Assembly: GCA_023703675.1 (NCBI GenBank) | Contig: CP097974.1 | Span: 1,006,220 to 1,070,219 of the forward strand | DNA: 64,000 bases | DNA from: SAR86 cluster bacterium | Lineage (GTDB): Bacteria > Pseudomonadota > Gammaproteobacteria > Magnimaribacterales > AG-339-G14 | Direction: 5' to 3' | Part shown: piece after piece, positions 57,977 through 64,000 of the stretch | Position numbering within the stretch: the first letter of the stretch is position 1 | How the letters are laid out: every line of letters begins with the position of its first letter | Notes under the pieces: model-generated | What the model was told of the DNA's origin: nothing | Seen by the model: only the letters and a program-made list of their open reading frames with translations | Databases searched by the model: none | Made by a program: the position numbers and the translations under genes

Positions 57977-58957
57977 ATGTCAGATTTTAAGACTTATGAA
58001 TACATCTGGTTAGATGGTTACCAACCAGAAGCTAACATGCGAAGTAAAGTAAAAGCTACTGATGAAGATACGCCGCCTGATTGGTCATTTGATGGATCTT
58101 CAACTCAACAAGCTGAAGGCGGAAGTTCAGATTGCCTTCTTCTTCCAGTCCAAACTTATTCAAACCCTCATGGTCACGATTTAGTGCTTACGCAAGTGCA
58201 AACAGCTGAACACGAAACTCATCCTTCTAACTTTAGGGCTGCAGCCGCTGAAGTTGTTACTGATGAATGGTGGTTCGGATTTGAACAAGAATTCTTTTTC
58301 ACAGACCCAAAAACTGGCGAACCACTCGGTTGGGAAGATGGCACACCTAGAGAGCAAGGTGAATATTATTGCGGAGTAGGAGCAAGTAATGTCGTTGGTA
58401 GAGAAATTTCCGATGCTCACTTGGAAGCTTGTCTAGAATTAGGTATAACTTTGACTGGAACAAACGCTGAGGTTGCTCTTGGTCAGTGGGAATACCAATG
58501 CTTTGGAAAAGGGATAAAAGCTGCCGATGATTTATGGGTTAGCAGATATTTACTTTTCAAAATTGCCGAAGAGTTTGGAGTTGGCGTTAATATTCATCCA
58601 AAGCCAAAAACTGGAGATTGGAATGGTTCCGGAATGCACTCTAACTTTTCTAATGAAGAAATGAGATCAAGTGGATCGAAAGAATTATTTGAAGGAATTT
58701 GTGAAAAACTAGGAAAGGTTCATGAAGAGGGAATTGCTTCTTATGGTTCTGATAACGATATGAGGCTAACTGGTCTACATGAAACTCAAAAAATTACTGA
58801 ATTTTCATATGGAGTGAGTGATAGAGGAGCAAGTATAAGAATCCCTGTCTACACTGTTGAGCACGATTGGAATGGATATTTAGAGGACAGAAGACCAGCC
58901 TCTAATGCCGATCCTTACAAAATATTAGCTCATATTGTTGGAACTTTAGTTAAGTAA
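57977..58957 (+). CDS. glnII: Glutamine synthetase type II (GlnII, eukaryote/rhizobial-like)
   Basis: 326 aa. It aligns by eye along its length with rhizobial GlnII and eukaryotic GS (YEYIWLDG, FDGSSTQQAEG.SSDC, WFGFEQEFFF, NAEVALGQWEYQ, DWNGSGMHSNFS, RLTG.HET, SDRGASIRIP, YLEDRRPASNADPY). A strong RBS (AGGAG) precedes the ATG. Confidence 0.92.
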   Translation: MSDFKTYEYIWLDGYQPEANMRSKVKATDEDTPPDWSFDGSSTQQAEGGSSDCLLLPVQTYSNPHGHDLVLTQVQTAEHETHPSNFRAAAAEVVTDEWWFGFEQEFFFTDPKTGEPLGWEDGTPREQGEYYCGVGASNVVGREISDAHLEACLELGITLTGTNAEVALGQWEYQCFGKGIKAADDLWVSRYLLFKIAEEFGVGVNIHPKPKTGDWNGSGMHSNFSNEEMRSSGSKELFEGICEKLGKVHEEGIASYGSDNDMRLTGLHETQKITEFSYGVSDRGASIRIPVYTVEHDWNGYLEDRRPASNADPYKILAHIVGTLVK

Positions 58958-59049
58958 AGAAAATGTTTGATGGTTCTTCCCTCTTTAGATGGAAGGCCTC
59001 AAACAGGTTCGTTTAGTAGATCAACGATAATTATTCTATTTTTATTTAT

Positions 59050-60156
59050 ATGACTACGAGTAGCTTAAATCCTTTTTTTATAAAAGCCTTAGAATCAATT
59101 TCTTCTAAAATTCTGATTGCAGATAAGGATCTTAAAGTATTCTATCTGAATAGGTCGGCTGAAGACTTTTTAAATACAACTCTTGAAGAGAGTAAAAACC
59201 AAGAAATATCTAAGATCTTCACAGAAAAACCAAAAAATGATTTGGAGTTGAAGGAATTATTTGAAAATAAGGGTCATCTTAAAAGGCACATAACTACTCT
59301 TTTTTTAAAAAATAATTTAAAGAAAAAAGCTTCTTTTCTAGCAAATTTTTTTAAAACTGAAAAAAAAGAAAAGTATATTATTTTCGAATTTTTTAATGCT
59401 GATAAAACTGCTTTGGATGCTAAAAGAGAGAGGCGATTTAAGGGCGATGTCATAACTAATGCATTTTCGAAAGTATTAGCCCATGAAATCAAGAACCCTT
59501 TAAGCGGTATCAAAGGATCTGCTCAACTTCTCTTAAATAAAATTGAAGATCCTGATAGTGAAGAATTTCTAAATATAATCTTAAGAGAAACCGATCGAAT
59601 AACAAAAATCATTGATCAAATTTCTAAGAAAAATTTTCAACTAAACCAAAAGTTATTGAACATTCACAGTGTTTTAGAGAAAATTCCGGCCTTTGTAAAT
59701 TCATTAGATCTTACAAACATATCTGTTGAGAGAGATTACGACCCAAGTATCCCGCTTATTAATATAGATGATAATCTTCTCACTCAAGTTTTTTATAACC
59801 TAGCAAGAAATTCAATAGAGGCAATTGAGTCAGCAAAAAAGGGAACTAAGTTAATTATTAGAACTAGAATTATCTATGAAACGTTCATTAACAAAACTTT
59901 TCATAAATCTGCTTGCTTAATAGAAATTAGTGATAACGGTCCTGGAATTCCAGAGGATTTAATAGATTCAATTTTCTTTCCACTTGTCTCTACTAAAGAA
60001 ATAACCTCGGGATTAGGACTTGCAATTTCTAGAGGTATTATTACCCAACACAATGGAGAAATTGATTGTGTAAGTGATAAAAAAGGAACAACTTTTTCAA
60101 TCATTCTTCCAATTGAAGAACGATCTGATTTATTAAAAGAGGAAATAAATGCCTAG
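59050..60156 (+). CDS. ntrB: Nitrogen regulation sensor histidine kinase NtrB
   Basis: 368 aa. It has an N-terminal PAS-like region, an H-box HEIKNPLSGIKGSAQLL, and N/G boxes (NLARNSIEA, DNGPGIP, GLGLAIS). It overlaps ntrC by 8 nt. Confidence 0.85.
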   Translation: MTTSSLNPFFIKALESISSKILIADKDLKVFYLNRSAEDFLNTTLEESKNQEISKIFTEKPKNDLELKELFENKGHLKRHITTLFLKNNLKKKASFLANFFKTEKKEKYIIFEFFNADKTALDAKRERRFKGDVITNAFSKVLAHEIKNPLSGIKGSAQLLLNKIEDPDSEEFLNIILRETDRITKIIDQISKKNFQLNQKLLNIHSVLEKIPAFVNSLDLTNISVERDYDPSIPLINIDDNLLTQVFYNLARNSIEAIESAKKGTKLIIRTRIIYETFINKTFHKSACLIEISDNGPGIPEDLIDSIFFPLVSTKEITSGLGLAISRGIITQHNGEIDCVSDKKGTTFSIILPIEERSDLLKEEINA

Positions 60157-61546
60157 ATCAAAAAAAGTATGGATTGCCGACGACGACGAGTCTATAAGAT
60201 TTATACTAGAAAAAGGACTTATGGATGCAGGTTTCAATGTAAATGTATTTGAAGATGGAAATGAAGTCGTAAATCGACTTGATATTGATAAGCCTCATGT
60301 TCTTTTAACTGATTTAAAGATGCCTGGTAGGGATGGCATGGACCTTTTAGATACTTTTAAGAACGAATATCCAAACATACCAGTCATTATGATGACTGCA
60401 CATTCAGATTTGGATACAACTGTCGAAGCTTTTGAGAACGGCGCGTGGGACTATATTGCAAAGCCTTTTGATTTAAACGGAGCTATAGAGAAAATTAGCA
60501 AGGCTTTAACAGAGCAAAAAAAGAATTCAAAAGTCTCTAAATCAGGTGATGAGATTGACTTAAAAAGTGGAAAACTCATCGGTAAATCAAATGTGATGCA
60601 GGATCTTTTCAACTCTATCGGAAAGCTTTCGCATTCGAGCAGCACTGTTCTCCTTTATGGTGAGTCGGGAACTGGAAAGGAGCTGGTGGCAAGAGCGATT
60701 TATGAGCATTCGGAGAGAAATAATAAAAAATTAATATCTCTTAATATGGCTGACATCCCAATTGAGCTTTTGGAATCTGAACTTTTTGGTTATGAAAAAG
60801 GTGCTTTTACGGGAGCTTCTCAGAGAAAACTGGGAAGATTCGAGCAAGCGCACGAGGGAACTTTATTTCTTGATGAAATTGGAGACATGCCATTTGAAAC
60901 ACAAACAAGAATTTTAAGAGTCCTTTCTTCAGGTGAATTTTACAGAATTGGCGGAACTGATCCGGTAAAGGTAGATGTAAGAATCATTGCCGCTACAAAC
61001 CAAAATTTGAACGATAAGGTAAAAACTGGAGCTTTCAGAGAGGATTTATTTCATCGATTGAATGTAATTAGAATTGCGCTACCGCCTCTCAGAGAAAGAA
61101 AAGAAGACATTCCTTTATTGGCAACTTATTTTCTTAATATGTATAGCGAAGAATTAAAATCTGAACCAAAAATTTTAGCTCCGGAGGTAGAAGAATTATT
61201 TAGAAATCTTATTTGGCCAGGTAACGTTTTACAACTTCAAAATCTTTGTCATTCTTTAACAGTATTATCTTCTGCTCAAGAAGTAGTAATGTCTGATCTT
61301 CCTAATGATTTAATTATTCAGAAAAAAGGTCCAGACTTAACATGGAATGATATGCTTGAAACTTGGGCTTCAAAAGAACTTATAAATGGAGAAGATCATA
61401 TCCTAAATTCAACAGTTCCTATTTTTGAAAAAACTTTAATTAAAGTAGCCCTAAAAGCATCTAAAGGAAAAAAAAGTGAGGCTGCAAAATTACTTGGCTG
61501 GGGAAGAAATACTCTTGCCAGAAAGATGCAGGAATTAGATTTTTGA
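60149..61546 (+). CDS. ntrC: Sigma-54-dependent response regulator NtrC
   Basis: 465 aa. It has a receiver domain (VWIADDDESIR, LTDLKMPGRDG), an AAA+ sigma-54 activator module (GESGTGKELVARAIY, GAFTGA, FLDEIGDM) and a C-terminal Fis-type HTH (AAKLLGWGRNTLARKMQEL). Confidence 0.92.
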   Translation: MPRSKKVWIADDDESIRFILEKGLMDAGFNVNVFEDGNEVVNRLDIDKPHVLLTDLKMPGRDGMDLLDTFKNEYPNIPVIMMTAHSDLDTTVEAFENGAWDYIAKPFDLNGAIEKISKALTEQKKNSKVSKSGDEIDLKSGKLIGKSNVMQDLFNSIGKLSHSSSTVLLYGESGTGKELVARAIYEHSERNNKKLISLNMADIPIELLESELFGYEKGAFTGASQRKLGRFEQAHEGTLFLDEIGDMPFETQTRILRVLSSGEFYRIGGTDPVKVDVRIIAATNQNLNDKVKTGAFREDLFHRLNVIRIALPPLRERKEDIPLLATYFLNMYSEELKSEPKILAPEVEELFRNLIWPGNVLQLQNLCHSLTVLSSAQEVVMSDLPNDLIIQKKGPDLTWNDMLETWASKELINGEDHILNSTVPIFEKTLIKVALKASKGKKSEAAKLLGWGRNTLARKMQELDF

Positions 61547-61556
61547 TATCTTTGAT

Positions 61557-61964
61557 TTAATCAAGTAATGGAAGACCTTCGGCGATCCAATTGTTGATCC
61601 CACCCTTAAGAATAAAAACCTCACTTCCTAATTTTTTTAATTCTTTAGAAAACTCTTCAGATTTATTTCCATTTTGGCAGAAAAGAATAATCGGCTTGTC
61701 GGTATTTTTGTCAATTTCTTTCTTACATTTTTCTAAATTTGGTCCTAAGTAAAGTGCCTGACTAATTTTTCCTTTAGCAAACTCTTTATCATTGCGTAAA
61801 TCTAACAATAAAGCATTTTTGTTATTTAACTGAAAAATAAGTTCTTGTGGTTCAAGTTTAGTGGCTTTTCTTAAGTTTTCTGTGTAAAAAAATAAAGATA
61901 TCGCCAATACTAATGGAAGCACCAAAAACCAATTTGTAAGCAAAAATTCAAAGAAATATGGCAT
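61557..61964 (-). CDS. Membrane-anchored single-domain rhodanese (YibN-like)
   Basis: 135 aa. It has an N-terminal TM helix and a rhodanese fold with active-site loop [10 protein letters not shown]. Confidence 0.75.
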   Translation of the reverse strand: MPYFFEFLLTNWFLVLPLVLAISLFFYTENLRKATKLEPQELIFQLNNKNALLLDLRNDKEFAKGKISQALYLGPNLEKCKKEIDKNTDKPIILFCQNGNKSEEFSKELKKLGSEVFILKGGINNWIAEGLPLLD

Positions 61965-62000
61965 CAGAGAGGTATCATAACGTATTTAGATATTTTAACT

Positions 62001-62618
62001 ATGTCAAATGAATTAAAAAATTTTCTAGTTTTGATCAGACACGGACAAAGTGAATGGAATGAAAAAAATCTTTTCACAGGCTGGAAGAATCCTCCTTTAA
62101 CAAGGTTGGGTGAATTGGAAGCAGAACGTGCGGGATCAAAAATAAAATCTTTAAAGATAGATTTTGATATTCATTTCACATCGGAATTAATCAGAGCACA
62201 AAGTACGGGTTTCATTATTCAAAAAGTTATCGAAAAAAATATAGACACGATAAAAAATGTTGCTCTTAACGAAAGAGATTATGGAGATCTATCTGGCTTA
62301 AATAAAGACGAAGCTAGGAAAAAGTGGGGGGATGAACAGGTTTATATTTGGCGCAGATCTTATGATGTACCCCCGCCGGGAGGCGAAAGTTTGAGAGATA
62401 CTTCTAATAGAGTAATTCCATACTACAAGGATAAAATTTTGCCTAAATTAAATTTAGGTAAAAATATTTTGGTTACTGCTCACGGGAACTCTTTAAGAGC
62501 TTTGGTGAAAGAAATAGAAAGTATTTCTCCAGAAGACATCGTTAAACTCGAAATTGCTACTGGAGAACCTATTATTTATTCTTACTCTCAAAATAAGTAT
62601 AGAAAATTAGAACTTTAA
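62001..62618 (+). CDS. gpmA: 2,3-bisphosphoglycerate-dependent phosphoglycerate mutase (short form)
   Basis: 205 aa. It has [48 protein letters not shown] and AHGNSLRAL. It lacks the roughly 25-aa insertion and C-terminal tail of the 250-aa E. coli enzyme. Confidence 0.9.
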   Translation: MSNELKNFLVLIRHGQSEWNEKNLFTGWKNPPLTRLGELEAERAGSKIKSLKIDFDIHFTSELIRAQSTGFIIQKVIEKNIDTIKNVALNERDYGDLSGLNKDEARKKWGDEQVYIWRRSYDVPPPGGESLRDTSNRVIPYYKDKILPKLNLGKNILVTAHGNSLRALVKEIESISPEDIVKLEIATGEPIIYSYSQNKYRKLEL

Positions 62619-63371
62619 CCTAACTGAGATTTTATTTTTTAAAAGTTCTTTCTTGACTTTCATAATTGAAATTTCCTCGTAATGAAAAATACTGGCAGCC
62701 AAAACAGCATCTGCTTTCCCTAATTTGATAGCTTCTACTAAATGACCAAGTTTGCCTGCTCCACCAGAAGCTATTAAAGGTATTCTCAATAAAGAAGAGA
62801 GTTTTTGATTTAAATCGTTATCGTAACCACTTTTAGTTCCATCCTTATCCATAGATGTCATTAAGATCTCACCTGCTCCCAAATCTTCAACTTTTTTTGC
62901 CCAGTCCAAAGCATTTAATTCAGTTTTATTTTTTCCACCATGAGTAAAAACTGTCCAATTCTCTCCTTCTTGCTTAGCATCGATTGCTACAACGATGCAT
63001 TGAGATCCAAATTCTCTTGAAGCTTCTTCCACTAACTTTGGTTCAAGTATTGCAGCAGTATTTATAGAAACTTTGTCTGCACCGGACTTGAGCAAAACTT
63101 CAACGTCTTTTAATCTTTTGATTCCTCCTCCAACTGTAAAGGGGATAAAAACTTGATTTGCTATCTCCTCAACAGTAGTAAGTGTTGTAGATCTTTTTTC
63201 GTAAGATGCATCTATATCAAGCATACATATCTCGTCTGCTCCTTCAAGATCATATCGTTTAGCTACCTCTGAAGGACTTCCTGCATCAACAATATTTTTA
63301 AAATTAATACCTTTGACTACTCTTCCGCCTCTTACATCGAGGCAAGGAATAATTCTTACTGTAAGAGACAT
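62607..63371 (-). CDS. hisF: Imidazole glycerol phosphate synthase cyclase subunit
   Basis: 254 aa. Motifs include [40 protein letters not shown] and ASGGAG. Confidence 0.96.
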   Translation of the reverse strand: MSLTVRIIPCLDVRGGRVVKGINFKNIVDAGSPSEVAKRYDLEGADEICMLDIDASYEKRSTTLTTVEEIANQVFIPFTVGGGIKRLKDVEVLLKSGADKVSINTAAILEPKLVEEASREFGSQCIVVAIDAKQEGENWTVFTHGGKNKTELNALDWAKKVEDLGAGEILMTSMDKDGTKSGYDNDLNQKLSSLLRIPLIASGGAGKLGHLVEAIKLGKADAVLAASIFHYEEISIMKVKKELLKNKISVRLKF

Positions 63372-64000
63372 TATTTTTTAAACCTCTCTAGAATTTCCTT
63401 CAAGTCAATAGAACCTTCATAAAGAGCTTTGCCACAGATCGCTCCGTAAACATTTTCTAATAACGCTAATTTGACTAAATCTTCAAGACAACTTACTCCT
63501 CCTGACGCAATTATTGGAAAATTTGACACATCAGCTAATTTTTTGGTCTCTTCAATATTAGGACCTAGCAGCATGCCATCTTTGTCAATATCTGTATAAA
63601 TAATTTGATGAATGGGAAGTTCTTTAAACCTCTCAACTAAATCTGTAGCTAATATCTCTGAAGTTTTCGTCCAGGCTTCAGTAGAAACGTAACCTTTTTT
63701 TGCGTCCAGTCCTAAAATAATTCTCTTTGGGTAAATTTCACAAGCTTCTGAAAAAAAATTCTTATCACTTATTGCAACACTACCTAAAATAAAAAAATCG
63801 ATACCTAAATTTTCGTAATTTTTTAGTGTGTCGAGATTTCTAATTCCGCCTCCTAACTGAAGAATAGAGTTTGGGAATTTCTTTCGAATTTCCTCAATTA
63901 CAGAAAAGTTTGTCGACTTGCCTTCATAAGCCCCATCTAAGTCAACCAAATGTATTCTTTCTGCTCCCATGCTAATCCAATGCGCCGCAGCATCTGATGG
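63371..64000 (-). CDS. hisA: ProFAR isomerase HisA (C-terminal ~210 aa; ORF continues past the window end)
   Basis: The track starts it at an internal Met (63970). The frame stays open to position 64000 (…PSDAAAHWISMGAERIHLVDLDGA...). Motifs are LVDLDGA, QLGGGIR and ASGGV. It shares a 1-nt stop/start overlap with hisF. Confidence 0.9.
   Translation of the reverse strand, partial: PSDAAAHWISMGAERIHLVDLDGAYEGKSTNFSVIEEIRKKFPNSILQLGGGIRNLDTLKNYENLGIDFFILGSVAISDKNFFSEACEIYPKRIILGLDAKKGYVSTEAWTKTSEILATDLVERFKELPIHQIIYTDIDKDGMLLGPNIEETKKLADVSNFPIIASGGVSCLEDLVKLALLENVYGAICGKALYEGSIDLKEILERFKK

Noticed and set aside
58976-58995. A hairpin CTTCC-N10-GGAAG after glnII, as a possible glnII/ntrB attenuating terminator.
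   Set aside because: It has only 5 bp (6 with a G-U pair), a 10-nt loop and no U-tract. This is too weak to call.

Overview
This is a 64-kb stretch of a very AT-rich, extremely compact genome. By my tally of gaps between calls, only about 1.4 kb is non-coding, and most spacers are under 110 nt. Gene order is classic gammaproteobacterial core: zapA/pepP-ubiH, dnaG-rpoD, rsmE-gshB-ruvX, fis-purHD, rpe-trpEGDC, amgK-murU/lptD-surA-pdxA-rsmA-apaH, cca, folKB-tsaD/rpsU, gmk-rpoZ-spoT-recG, ubiA, ntrBC and hisAF. This would fit a streamlined marine lineage, but that taxonomy is inference only. I call 72 CDS, one tRNA, three Fur-box-like operators and one hairpin terminator. I found no mobile elements, CRISPR arrays, long repeats, toxin-antitoxin or defence-type genes, and no compositionally distinct island. 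I therefore cannot honestly point to a clear undescribed multi-gene system. The most unusual content, in order: (1) All eight heme biosynthesis steps sit in one roughly 7.3-kb locus (2946-10261). It starts with an alphaproteobacterial-type 5-aminolevulinate synthase, includes a HemC protein with a HemD-like C-terminal tail, and ends in an unrecognised 62-aa ORF. (2) Directly beside it lie a TonB-dependent receptor and a stand-alone FTR1 iron permease, both preceded by Fur-box-like operators. (3) A type II (eukaryote/rhizobial-like) glutamine synthetase occupies the glnA slot upstream of ntrBC, with no recognisable sigma-54 promoter. (4) There is a membrane pyrophosphatase with the K+-dependent signature. 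(5) A pteridine-reductase-like SDR, an APH-fold kinase and an MFS transporter are wedged between cca and folKB. Genome-architecture oddities are also recorded: shared TTAA stop codons between convergent genes, divergent starts only 27-36 nt apart, and a split rpsU/dnaG-rpoD operon. All family assignments come from reading motifs and synteny by eye; no searches were run.
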